Positions 43,947-55,469 of a stretch of 64,000 nt of DNA are shown here, piece after piece. Source of the stretch: Diplonema japonicum (lineage: Eukaryota > Protista > Euglenozoa: Diplonemea). The position numbers and the translations under genes are program-made. The notes beneath the pieces are model-generated. The model was not told the DNA's origin. It saw only the letters and a list, made by a program, of their open reading frames with translations, and did no database searches. The stretch spans positions 62,001 through 126,000 of the forward strand of contig OZ025741.1 of assembly GCA_964019335.1 (NCBI GenBank), in the 5' to 3' direction. The stretch's first letter is position 1; each line of letters begins with the position of its first letter.

Positions 43947-45729
43947 CCATCTACCAACGGACCATTTTTGCCCACCAGGGGGTAAATTTTCAAAACTTCA
44001 AAAAAAGCTATTCTAGCGCAACGCCGGGGCTATATGCCCCCGAAAATGCCTCCAGATGTCCCAATTCTAGAGAGAGGGTGCCCACAGCAGGGCCCACCCC
44101 CACAACATTGTCAAAAATATCGTTCCTGAAGTGCTCGAGAGGGGGTACAAAAAACAAGTCAAAAAAAATCGACTGTAAAATTCTATAAAAAGCTATTTAA
44201 GGCCTTCTTGTCGCGGTTCGTACGTGCCCCAGGGCTGGGGGACTTCTTTTTTGACCCCGAGAGGGGTTTCTGGGGGGTATCCCCGGCAAGGTGGCAGTCT
44301 TTGAAGCACGGAGTCACGCAAAGTTGTACCAAGCAGGCTGAACACTGAAATAGGGGTCTTTTCGACTTGAAATGCTTGCACCGCACGTTGCACTACTTTT
44401 TCGGGGAAATGGTCCCAGAAGGTACTGTCACGGCGCATTGGGGTCTCAGAGCACTCGTTCTGTGTTTCGGGGCATGGTATTGGGGCAGCCTGCTCTGTAG
44501 TTGACTTTATCTGTTGTTTAGACTGCCTCCCTAGTAGCCCTTCGATGACTGCCTCTTTGAAAGGCGTCAATACACTGTCGTTCGTACTCAGGGCGTTGGG
44601 GGGCAAGGCTTCTTTCCAAACAAGCCAAGCATTCGCCAGAGATTTACCTAACAAGTACGAAAATACTTTTAGGGGCCACTTTTAAGTCATAAGGGTGCGT
44701 TTATGGCGTTTTGTCACAGCATCACCCAGGTCGGTTCCGCCCATTGCGGTGTTGTAAATATGCACTTGGTGGGGAACAAGATGTCCTTTCCGGCTTTCAT
44801 TCTCTTTTGGCGGACGGTCAAATTTGACTTCACTGGAACATCCAACGTCGATAGAAAGCACACAGGCTTGATGTCATGCCACGTTGTGGTGCAAAGGATG
44901 CTCGCGTGCTGGTGGAACTGTGTCCCCACGGGATGCGCGTCCTTGGGCTTGCGGCCTCGCTTCTTTGGGGCATCCATGATCTCCGGGAGGCCTTCGCGAT
45001 AGGTAGTTTCGCTGTGGAAACACAGATTTCCCAGAATAGTCAAAAAGCGGTCTCTTGACACGACGGTAGCGTACCCAGGTGTAGTTGAGAAACGTGGAGC
45101 CAGTGCACCAGTAATCAGAATAATCTGGCTTGATATCCAAGTCCATCGACAAAAGGACACCTAGGAAGGTACGCAGAGAAGCAGCATCGAGATCCAGGGA
45201 GACACCTTTTTTAGCCGCATTTGCCACATTGTTCGAAGTTATGACCCGAATAAAGTTTGGACGAGCATTTGGGAGAATATATGGAATGGCGTTGAGCCTC
45301 TGATGTCAAAACAGGATCCACAAGGATTCCGATCTTCACGAAACCGGATGCCTTCCAACTGCTCCGGCTTTGCCGTCCAATCACCCTGCTGTGACTCGGA
45401 ATCGGTCGAATTCGTGTCAGAATCACTGTTTGTATCAAAATTGCATAATAGGGATGAGCCATCAGTGCTGCCATCACTCATAACGTCCACTTCCGGCCTC
45501 TTTCCGGGCGCCTTTTTTTGAAGTGATTTTTAAGGGTAAATTTGGGCTGGCGTTTTTTTTTATTTTTTCATTTTCTTGTTAAGTTAGGGCAGCATTTAGT
45601 TTATATTTTTCATATTTTCCGCGCAGGACCCCGCCGGCAAGAAAGGGCCGGGCCGTATTGCATTGAAAGCCCTTTGCGTAAAAGATTTTTTTTCAAATCG
45701 TCTATATATAGACGCTCGTTGATAGATGG
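43947..45729 (-). mobile_element. Decayed piggyBac-superfamily transposon (1783 bp)
   Basis: TTAA TSDs (43943-43946, 45730-45733); 13-bp TIRs CCATCTAYCAACG (12/13); fragments SRDRFLTIL, WHDIKPVCFLST, YNTAMGGTD, ANAWLVW, CSACLVQLCVTPCFKDCH; frameshifted. Confidence 0.92.
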
Positions 45730-45865
45730 TTAAAAAAAAAAAAGGGGAACGAAATTGATATCGGAAGAAAGAAAGAAAAAAAAGAAGCCCTTTAAGCTGG
45801 AGGGAGTGGGGCCTCTTATATATCAATTCACAATGTTAAAAAAAAAAAAAAAAAAAATTGGAAGA

Positions 45866-46330
45866 TCACTTCCCTGTGCCAGTCGGAAAGCCGTCCTGCG
45901 GCCCATGGATGACACGGCTATCCACCACTGTGTCGTTAATGCTCGCGTTCCTGATCTTCATGTAGCCCTCAGGATCGAAGGTCCAGTGCTCGTTCCCATA
46001 AGCCCGGATGAGCTGCCCTTCTTGGTTTGTGTATTCATATTGAAAGGTGACTGCTATCTTGTTGTCGGTGTGTGTGAAGTAGTGCTTCACAAGCTTGTAG
46101 TCTTTTTCCCTCTCCCACTTCCCTTTCAGGAATTGCCGCACCGCTTCCCGTCCCTTTAAGAACGTGTCCCTGTTCCTCCACTCTGTGTCCTCGCTGTACG
46201 CCATCGCGATCTTTGCTGGGTCGCGTGAGTTCCATGCGTCCTCAGCTGCCTGCACCTTCTTCCTGGCAGTCTCTTCAGTAAACGGTGGAAGAGGGTGCCT
46301 CACGAGCACAGGCAAGCATCTGCGAAGCAT
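45866..46330 (-). CDS. DUF1348 protein, copy 2, with distinct MLRR N-terminus
   Basis: Appears identical to copy 1 from RHPLPPF to the stop; N-terminus MLRRCLPVLV. Confidence 0.8.
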   Translation of the reverse strand: MLRRCLPVLVRHPLPPFTEETARKKVQAAEDAWNSRDPAKIAMAYSEDTEWRNRDTFLKGREAVRQFLKGKWEREKDYKLVKHYFTHTDNKIAVTFQYEYTNQEGQLIRAYGNEHWTFDPEGYMKIRNASINDTVVDSRVIHGPQDGFPTGTGK

Positions 46331-46655
46331 TAAACCGTGTAGGGGGTTGGCACTTTTTTGTTTTTTTGCAGGGGGGGTGCGGTAAAAAAAAAGAGAATAA
46401 AATGTATAAGCTGGAAAGAAAAAGAAAAGTAAATGAAAAATAAAGGGTGGGGGGAAAGTAATAAATGAATAAATATAGGGTGGTCATGTAAAAACGCACG
46501 CAGTGGATAAAAAATAAATAGCAAAAAAAAAAAAAAAAAAAAGAAAAATTTTTTTGTAGGTGGAATAATAGCAAAAAAAAATCGACGAAGGCGCCCGCAA
46601 AATCTATCGTATGGAGAAAGAAAGATAAAAAAAAAAAGAAGAAAAAAAAAAACCG

Positions 46656-47945
46656 CTACCACGCTTCGCTAACTTTTGCAAGAAACGACAGCACGCTTGG
46701 GACGAGGATGGCCAACACACATTTGGCACACGCGACATGCGACCCACCGATAAGGGACAAGGCTATAACAAACGGAAACAGCCGTATAGGGAGGGGCTTG
46801 GGGACAGCTCCATGCTCGCTCAGGTACACGGAAACAGCCGAGGAATGAGAAAGATCAAGAAGGGTAGCACCCCACCGCGACACCACTTGCAAGTCCGCCC
46901 CCGCCTCCGTCAACAGCCTGACTGTGTTCAGAGACGACGTCCCAACGGCTACAGCAATGGCTGTCCCCTGCTCTGTTCGCATGTTTACCTCTGCACCTCC
47001 TGACAGAAGAGTTGAAACAAGAGCTTCATTGTCATCAGCGACAGCTTTCATCAAGGGTGTTCTTCCAAACAAATTGGTGGTGTTCACATCTGCACCAAGC
47101 TCACGAAGTGTGGCCATGACGATGGGGTTGCCGTAGCCCGTTTCGACGTACCTCTGCAGGGTGGTCCTGCCGTACTTGTCACGTTTGTTGACCTGCGCAC
47201 CCAGCTGCTTCAACGTGCGAAGCAAATCAACGTTCGCCTCCACCGCAGCAAGGTACAACGGGAAACCGGAAAATGTTTCATCCGACAATTTCGCACCGCG
47301 TGCTGCCAACGCCTCCACCGAGTCTCGTTTGTTCCCAGAGATGGCTGCTGTGAGCGCAGTTCGATGACAGCTGTCCGTTGACTCGATAGGAACACCCAAA
47401 GTGATCAATGTATGTATTATTTCCACCATTCCCCGTTCAGAGGCTATCATAAGCGGTGTACCCCGCATGCTGTCTGTCTCATTCAGATCTGCACCTAGCT
47501 CTGCAAGAAGGGTCAGTGTGCATGGTGATTCAAGGCAGAGAAGGACTGGGTTGAACGGTAGGTTTGTAAGGCGGAAGTTGTTCATCTCCGACAATGCGAG
47601 GATCATCCCTTCGTCTCCATCACGTACGGAGCAGTACAGGAGGTCCTCTGCAGTTGTTCCCCGGCGAAGCTTTGCCTTGATCGTCTTCATGGCCTCCATT
47701 TTCAATAGTACTTTCCTGCTGACTTGTAAGTCGAGCATATCGCCGTCTGTGATGCTGCTTATCTCCCACAGACCTACATCGTTGTCTCCGCCGCCAAGTA
47801 GTTCACCGCCTAATAGCAATTCCTGAGTCCCCACGTTCATTCCTGTTGCCTTCTTCACCTCAAGTTTCAAGAGTCGTATGGTCCAATCAGGTCCCACTTC
47901 TACAGGGACTTGTCCGCCATCTAAAGTCCGGATGTAAAGAAGCAT
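46656..47945 (-). CDS. Ubiquitin-like domain + ankyrin repeats + C-terminal hydrophobic segments
   Basis: MLLYIRTLDGGQVPVEV...TIRLLK...QELLLGG Ubl; repeats GTPLMIAS, RTALTAA, GRTPLMKA, GA.VN. Confidence 0.85.
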   Translation of the reverse strand: MLLYIRTLDGGQVPVEVGPDWTIRLLKLEVKKATGMNVGTQELLLGGELLGGGDNDVGLWEISSITDGDMLDLQVSRKVLLKMEAMKTIKAKLRRGTTAEDLLYCSVRDGDEGMILALSEMNNFRLTNLPFNPVLLCLESPCTLTLLAELGADLNETDSMRGTPLMIASERGMVEIIHTLITLGVPIESTDSCHRTALTAAISGNKRDSVEALAARGAKLSDETFSGFPLYLAAVEANVDLLRTLKQLGAQVNKRDKYGRTTLQRYVETGYGNPIVMATLRELGADVNTTNLFGRTPLMKAVADDNEALVSTLLSGGAEVNMRTEQGTAIAVAVGTSSLNTVRLLTEAGADLQVVSRWGATLLDLSHSSAVSVYLSEHGAVPKPLPIRLFPFVIALSLIGGSHVACAKCVLAILVPSVLSFLAKVSEAW

Positions 47946-48162
47946 AGCATGGGCACCTGTGTTGGGTGGGGGGGGGGGTAAAAAAGAAAAGAAAAGAAAA
48001 GAGTGTTTTGTACTAAGAGAAAGTTTTCGAGGAACACAAGGAGAAAAGGGAGAATTGAAAGAGAAAAAAAAAAAAAAAGAGGAAGTAATAAAAAAAAAAA
48101 AAAAAAAAGCGGGGAGAAAGAAAGCGGACAATGTTAAAAAAAAAAAGGAAACTTCAGATACA

Positions 48163-48214
<52 letters not shown>

Positions 48215-48814
48215 AGACTATTTAAGGGTGCCTGCAGTATGTGGCAGGGCACCCTGCACAAGTATCGTCTACTTGATTACAGGGGGCGCGCCTCGGCCTA
48301 GTTGTAGCTTCTTCTGCGTTCCGCGTCGTGTCCTTAATGCGTGCGGTGTGCAACTCAACCCCAGCCATGGTGCCCCTGGTAACCAAGATTCTGGGCCCGT
48401 GCAGTTTGCTGCCTGTTCGTCACCCTGAGCATCTGCGATACGTTCTTCCACTCGGGCGCTACCGGTGGTGACCGACGTGGAGGTCAACAGCGAACAACAC
48501 ATCTGATGTACTTCTTTATATTTCCATATTTCTGTGTTATCCCCACCACCCAAAAAAAAAAAAAAAAAAAAAAAAAAAAAGCGAACACAAGACAAAACCG
48601 GCAGGGGAGAGAGAGAGGAGAAGGAAGGGGGTGGGGGGAAAGACAAAAAACAAGATTCTTTTCTCTCCCCTCTCCTTCTTCTTTTTTTCCTTTCTCTCTT
48701 TTTTCTTTTTTCTTCTTCTTTTTTTCTTTTTTTTTTTAAAGTGGCGAAATTAAGATAATAAAGTTGGCCACAATACTGTTCGTTCTTTCCCCCCCCCCTT
48801 TTTTTTTACGTCTC

Positions 48815-50837
48815 TCACTTCTTCTTGCCCGCCTGGCGCTTGATAGGCCGCTGTAAATTGTCATCGTCCTCCCTGTACTGAATCATCTCTTTGAAGTTAA
48901 CAATGTAAGTCTTGCCCCTGTTCGTGAGGGTCACGTCCTTCTTCTTTTTCTGATACGCATCTTCAACAGTCTTGCTATCCTTCTTTGAGTAGACAGTCCA
49001 CGCTGTTGAGTCGTCCTCACAAGCTTTCGTCTTTCGCAGGTCAGACTGCCAGTACCACTGAGCGTCTGCAACAGGTGAGTTTGCTGCAAACTTCTTCCTT
49101 CCTTTAGGTCTTGGTTCTGATTCAGAGCTGCTGTTGCTCTCAGAGTCCGAGTCCTCATCTGATGATGGCTTCTTGGCAGGTTTCTTGGCTGGTTTTTTAG
49201 CTTTCTTCGGGGGTGGTCTCTCATCGTCCTCTTCTTCCAAACTGCTGGACATCGTTTTCTTCTTCTTCTTCTTTGGAGGTGTCGGCCGTTCTGGCTCAGA
49301 CTCGGAGTCGCTTTCTTGCTTCTTTGCCTTCGCCTTCTTTTTTTGCGGTGGTTTTCTTTCCTCGTCATCGTCGTCATCGTCATCAGTTGATGCCTTCCTT
49401 TTTTCAGGTTTACCCACCTTCTTTGGTACTTCATTCTTGTCACTGTCCGTCTTCTTCTTCTTTGGAGGTGTCGGCCGTTCTGGTTCGGACTCGGAGTCGC
49501 TTTCTTGCTTCTTTGCCTTCGCCTTCTTTTTCTGCGGTGGTTTTCTTTCCTCGTCATCGTCGTCATCAGTTGATGCCTTCCTTTTTTCAGGTTTACCCAC
49601 CTTCTTTGGTACTTCTTGTGGTTCATTCTTGTCACTGTCCGCCTTCTTCTTCTTTGGAGGTGTCGGCCGTTCTGGTTCGGACTCGGAGTCGCTTTCTTGC
49701 TTTTTTGCCTTCGCCGGTTTCTTTTTCGGTGGCTTCTCTTCTTCCTCGTCGCTTGCGGGTTGTTGATTTGCAGGCTTTTCGTCAGCCTTCTCCGGTTTCT
49801 TCGGTACGGGGGTTGGTGCTGCAGATGCATCATCGTCATCATCGTCACCAGGCTTTTTGTTTTTGGTATTCGTACCCTCGATGGGTTTCTTTTCCGCTTC
49901 CTGTTTTTCAGCAGCTTCTTTGGCTGCAAGTTTGGCAGCCCTTGGGTTAGGTTTGGGGGGCACGTCCTCGTCGCCGTCGCTCTCGCTGTCTGGCAATGTG
50001 ACCTTGGCGGCCTTCTTGCCGCCTCGCTGAGGGGGCGGGATGTCTGGGCTGCTGAGCGGGCGCTCGTCTTCCTGTTCGTCCTCGTCGTCCTTCTCCTTCT
50101 TCCCTATAGACGAAGACTTTTTCAAACGCTCTGACGGGGGTGGTGCCTCGTCAGGAGAGTCGTACCCTTGCACTTGGGCAAGGGAGTTCCCTGTCTGCAC
50201 GGTTTGATCTTTTTTGGAAGGCTTTTTCTTCTTTTTCTCTTCCTTGTTGTCCTCATCGCTGCTCTCGTATTTCAGATGCTTGGGCGGTGTGCCTGCATCT
50301 GCATCTGCATCTGCGTCCACGAGCATAGTGCTGTCGGAGACTGCAGCAGCATTGAACGTGAGGCGTACACGGCCCAGACTTTTTTTTTTCTTTAATTAAA
50401 ATTAATACCGCGTACTTTAATGTGTCGTTTGGCTTCAGCTCATATTGCTTTCCAGGTGCGCAGGGGTTCGTGTGGTCCTCGTCTTCTTCTTCTTCGAGAG
50501 CCCCGTCCTGTTGGAATTCTTTTTTTCTCTTTTTTTTTTTTTTTTTTTTACCGGTAGGTTTATGTAGGTTTTGTTGGTGCTCTTCAAGTCTTTCACCATG
50601 ATTTTCGTTGTACTTATCTAATAGAAAGATTTCCCCCCCCCCCCCCCACCCCCTAGTTCACACCGCTAGCTCAGCATGCTTGCTTGAAACGCATTTTTCG
50701 TTGATTACCAAATCGACGTTTTTCCGTCCGATCACCCATGTGCCCGGCTGTGGGGTTGTGTGTTGGTTTAAATTTTAACAACACACTTTTAAGTTTAACT
50801 TTATACCCTTGCCCACCAGTGAACCCAGGGACGCCAT
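48815..50837 (-). CDS. FHA - acidic/Lys-rich linker - WWE protein; introns 50748-50786, 50618-50663, 50508-50551, 50379-50415
   Basis: Spliced N-terminus reads ...WVIGRKNVDLVINEKCVSSKHAEL...VKDLKSTNKTYIN...YELKPNDTLNLGRVRLTF (FHA); C-terminus QWYWQ...WTVY...VEDAY...YIVNFKEMIQ...RPIKR (WWE). Confidence 0.8.
49262..49715 (-). repeat. Coding tandem repeat, ~2.5 copies of a ~180-190-bp unit
   Basis: KKQESDSESEPERPTPPKKKK occurs three times; VPKKVGKPEKRKASTDDDDD twice. Confidence 0.85.
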
Positions 50838-51652
50838 GTGTGTCTGGATTCTTTTTTTTTACCTCACCTTGCCTAACCTTGTGGGGTTTTTTTTTTCTTT
50901 TTTTTTTTCCAAAAGAACGTGCAAAATATTTAAAAATGTTTAAAAAAAAAAAAGAAAAATCGCGAACTGGCAGCAGGTCCTCCTTTTGAAGAACCTGCGC
51001 TCTCATCGAAAGGGGATATGTTATTAAAAAAAACAAAAAAAAAAAACATATAATTCTGCCATTAATTCTTTTTTTTTTCCCTTCCCTCATTTCTTTTTTT
51101 TCTTTGGAACAATAGAACAATAAAAAAATTAAAAAAAAAGGTCAAATGAAAATAGGGTGCCGAATGCCCTTAGTTTATTTTTTTTCCCTCGGCCCGCTGA
51201 CCTTTTTTTTTTAAATACAAGCCAGTTGCGCCGCAAGCTTTCAGGGTAGGGATTTATAGGAGGGGGGTACAAACAAGACGAAAAAAAGAAAGAAATCATG
51301 CATTTTCATTTCTCTTTTTTTTCTTGTCCCCACCCCTTTTCCCCCCCGCTTCAAGAAGTGAATGCGGGGCCTCACCTTCATTTATCTCCCCCCCGTCCAG
51401 TCATCATAATTTTGGAAAAGAAAATTCTAATCAAAAAATAAAAAAAATACAAGAGTTCTTTTTTTTATTTTCTCGAAAAATAAAAAAAAAGAGAGGGAAA
51501 AATAAAAAAGAGTGGGGGCGGGGGGGGGGAGTGCCTGTAAACAAGGTTTCACCGGCTTTTTTTTTTTTTTTTTTTTTTTTTTTTTGTATTTATGAAAATT
51601 GAAAGAAGAAAAAAATCACGCGCGAAAAAAAAAAAAAAAAAAAAAACGAAGC

Positions 51653-53406
51653 CTACGGGGTGACCTCAGGGATGTTCATCTCACGTGGGGTGTTGGAAAG
51701 CATCTTGTTGATAGCAGAGATGTAGGCCTTCCCGGTGGCCTTCAAGATATCAACGTCCAGACCCCTCCCCATGAACCTCGTTTCGTTAGCGTCCTTAACA
51801 CGCACGATGACCTCACCCATGGAGTCAGAATCCTCACCGTGAACAGCTTTCACCTCGAAGTTCGTCAGAATACAGGAAGCGTTGGTAATACGGTTCAGCG
51901 CGCACACGATGGCGTCCACTGGCCCGTTACCAATGGCGGCATCGATGGTGCAGTTGCCTGTTTCCTTGTTGCAGACTTCGACGGTAGCGGTGTTGATGTT
52001 TCCAGCACTGAGCTGCAGGGACTCAAGGGTCCAGACCTCTTCCTCCTTCACCCTGGAGCTGTCCTCCTGGACCAGAGCGTGAAGGTCGTTCTCGGTGACA
52101 ACCTTCTTAACATCCGCAAGGGCTTTGAACTTCACGAACAGATCTGCCTTCGTCTCCTCCATGAAGTCGCTGTAGCCGAGCTCCTCCAGACGCGAGAAGA
52201 ACGCGTTCCTGCCGCTGTGCTTCCCCATCACCAGGGACGTGCTGCTCACCCCGACCCGGGCAGGGGTCATGATCTCATACGTCTCCCTGTTCTTCAGCAT
52301 CCCGTCCTGGTGGATGCCAGATTCGTGCGCGAAGGCGTTAGCACCCACCACTGCTTTGTTTGCCTGGATATTTTTTTTATGATTTTCTTTTTTTTAAAAA
52401 AAAAAAAAAAAAACTATAACACCTGAACCTGCATCCCGGTGAAAGCGGACACCATCTGTGACGATCTGAAAATCTGTTCCGTGTTGATGTTCGTTGTGAT
52501 GCCGAGGTTCTTGTGCGTGTCCGTGATCATCACGATCTGTATGGGGGAGAGGGGAGGGTGGGGGGGTTTATAAAAAAAAAAAAAAAAAAACCACACCTCT
52601 TCGAGGGACGTGTTGCCGGCCCTTTCACCGATCCCGTTGATTGTGACCTCCACCTGCCTGCACCCGTTCACAACCCCTGCAAGCGTGTTGGCAGTGGCCA
52701 TGCCAAGGTCGTTGTGGCAGTGCGTCGAGAAAATAGCTCTATCGGCACCCTTTGTGTTCTCGACAAGGTACTTGATAAGGCTACCGTACATCTGCGGGGT
52801 GTTGTAACCGACAGTGTCGGGGATGTTGAGGGTGGTGGCGCCCGCTTCGATAACCGCTGCGAGGACCTTGCAGAGAAACTCCGGGTCGGACCTGCCCGCA
52901 TCTTCAGGGGAGAACTCCACATCTTCGGTGAGGGAGGCGGCAAAGGAAACAGCAGCAACCGCCCGTTTAATGCACTCCTCCCTGTCGATTTGAAGCTTGT
53001 GTTGAAGATGAATGTCAGATGTTGCAAGGAAAGTGTGGATGCGGTGCTTGGGAGCATGCTTCACGGCGTCGTGACATCTTTTAATGTCCTTCTGTGTTGC
53101 TCGGGACAGGCCGCAGATTGTCATTGTGCTGCCGTCGAGCCTTCCTTCTGTTAGGGAGCCCACGTCCTCGGCGATTCTTGAAACCGCTTCAAAATCGCCG
53201 TCTGAGGCGATGGGGAAGCCTGCCTCGCATACATCGACGCCCAGCCTGCTCAGCTGCTTGGCGATCACCAGCTTTTCTTGCGTGTTCAAGGTGCATCCTG
53301 GAGACTGTTCGCCGTCTCTCAGCGTTGTGTCGAAGACGACGAGCTTGGTCGCGTCGCTGCTTGCCCACCTGCGCAGACCCTTCATTCCTGTTCTTGCCGT
53401 CTTCAT
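51653..53406 (-). CDS. leuA: 2-isopropylmalate synthase with probable mitochondrial presequence; introns 52537-52596, 52364-52422
   Basis: [54 protein letters not shown], regulatory domain GNGPVDA. Confidence 0.93.
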
Positions 53407-53960
53407 TTCTTTTTTTTTTTTGTTTTGTTGTTGTTTTAGGGGGGGAAAAAAAAAAAACCTTGTGGGGAAAAATAAAAAACTCGATTTTTTTTTCCCCCCC
53501 CCGTTGAAAAAAAACGAAAGTACGTGAATATACGAGTGGGGGAAGGGCGGTACGGGGGGAGGTGTGATGGGGGAATTGAAAATAACTGAGGAAAAAAAAA
53601 AAATAGGGGGAAAATAAAATTCCATGTTTTTTTTTTTTAATCGAAGAAAAATTGTGTTCCCCTCCCTTTCTTCTTTTATTTCTTCTTTGCAGTACTTTCT
53701 GCAGTAGGGATAGAGTTGTAGTGTGGAGAAAGAAGAAAAGAAATGGAGCGCTGCTATTTGATTTCTCTCCTTTTTTTTTTTTTTTATTCACAGCAAGATA
53801 ATGAATTCGGAGTTCGAGAGTAATAACTTTAAAAAAATAATAATAATAAGAGAAAAAAAAAATATTTCGCATAAATGCGGAACAAGGTGGGTTCAGTCAC
53901 TCCTCCCATTTTTTTTTTCCCCCTTTTACCCCTCAACTTCATTCAATACCCTGATATGAA

Positions 53961-54002
<42 letters not shown>

Positions 54003-54044
54003 AATTTCGGTGTGCGGGTGGGTGCTCACCGTTCAGGGAGAAAT

Positions 54045-55245
54045 TCACACTAATCGGTCACCGTTCTGCGGTTGCTGTCTGGTGCCTGCGGTGGCTGTTT
54101 GTCGCGATGAGATGGACGGCATCTGGGCGAGAAACATTGCTTGGAGTCGTGCTAGGTAGGGGGCGGTTTGGCTCGAGGAGAAGAGTGGTCTCCTGTCGTA
54201 GCCGTGTGTCGTCGGGCCCCCAAGATGTCGAAGGGTGTGTACCCTTGTCTTTGCGTTGGCGGGGAAAGCATTCTTCCCACTCTTTGCTGTGCATTTCTGA
54301 ATACGTCCTAAGATGTATCGCATCCTTCCAGCCTTCTCTGTGAGCCAGTCCTGGTCGTCGAGGGGTCCAGCCAAGGACTGCCGGGTGGCCTGCTCATAGT
54401 CTACTGCGAGCTCCATCGTCGTGACGGACGTCAACTTCCTACCTGCGTACCATCTTAGGCTTTTCAGCCACCTGAGGACGCTCTTCATGTAGAACATTAG
54501 GACCTTTCCCGACGCTCCGTTCGATTTCAACAGCTCCACTGTGGGCACAGTGTGCTGCTTCCCCGTTGTGATCTCATCCCACGGGTTGGTGGTGAGGATT
54601 CTGGTGCTCCGTTCAGCCGCTCTGGCGTCTCGTCTTGACACGACATCCAACAGGTATCGTTGCACGACTGCCGCCTGTTGCTTCGCAGCCCCCGTTGCGC
54701 CCCTTGGAATGATCCCGTGGAGGGCGGTCACTGCAGGTAGGTCACTTCGTGTCATCCCGCCATATCTTTCGTTTGTCAGGGCAGCTCTCGCTGGTGCACA
54801 TTCCCATAGGGCGTGCTCCGTGACTTCTGTCGTCGTCTGGCATCGATGGTCGCAGACGTCGCACGCAAGAGACGAGCTTTCCACACCCTCACGTTCATCC
54901 AATTGCTTCCCCCACACTCGAGGGTGTACCGTGAACACTGCACCGCTGATGATCCGCCGCAGTCTGTACGATATCAGCGGTCTCCGTGACTGGAGCTTCC
55001 TCCACCGGGCGTTCGTGGACGGACATGCACCCGCTTCCATTCCAGCAAAAGACGACCTGCCGTGGATCAATTCCTTTGCAACAGCCGGTCTGATCGCCTG
55101 TCTTACTTCATGGCGTCTCGCACTGGGCACCAGAGCGCGCAAACCTTCAATGAAGGACCACCCCTTGTTCAGGAAGGGTAGCCACCTCTTCAGCAAGACC
55201 CCTAGCGGCCCCCTCTCCTCGTCGTCCTCTCGCTCCCGGTACAGT
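54045..55245 (-). mobile_element. 5'-truncated non-LTR retrotransposon remnant (C-terminal Zn-knuckle region), open frame
   Basis: CDVC...TEHALWEC (zf-RVT-like), WLKSLRW, ELAVDYE; no RT core and no proper start; homologous to the neighbouring remnant. Confidence 0.65.
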
Positions 55246-55469
55246 GTGAAAAAAAAAAAAAAAAAAAAAAGAGACATTTAAGGGTACCTGCGGTATGTGA
55301 CAGGACGCCTGAAAAAAAAATAACCCCCCCCCCATCCACACCAGATTGAGCATAACGTTGTGAATAAAATAAAATAAAATAAAAAATTGAGAATCGAGTA
55401 AATAACAAAAAAAACTCAAAGTACAGGACAAGCCCCCCGCTAGAGGGCCGCCCTATGGGAGGGGGGGGT

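Noticed and set aside
49262-49715. CRISPR-like or mobile repeat array
   Set aside because: In-frame coding tandem duplication without unique spacers; eukaryotic context
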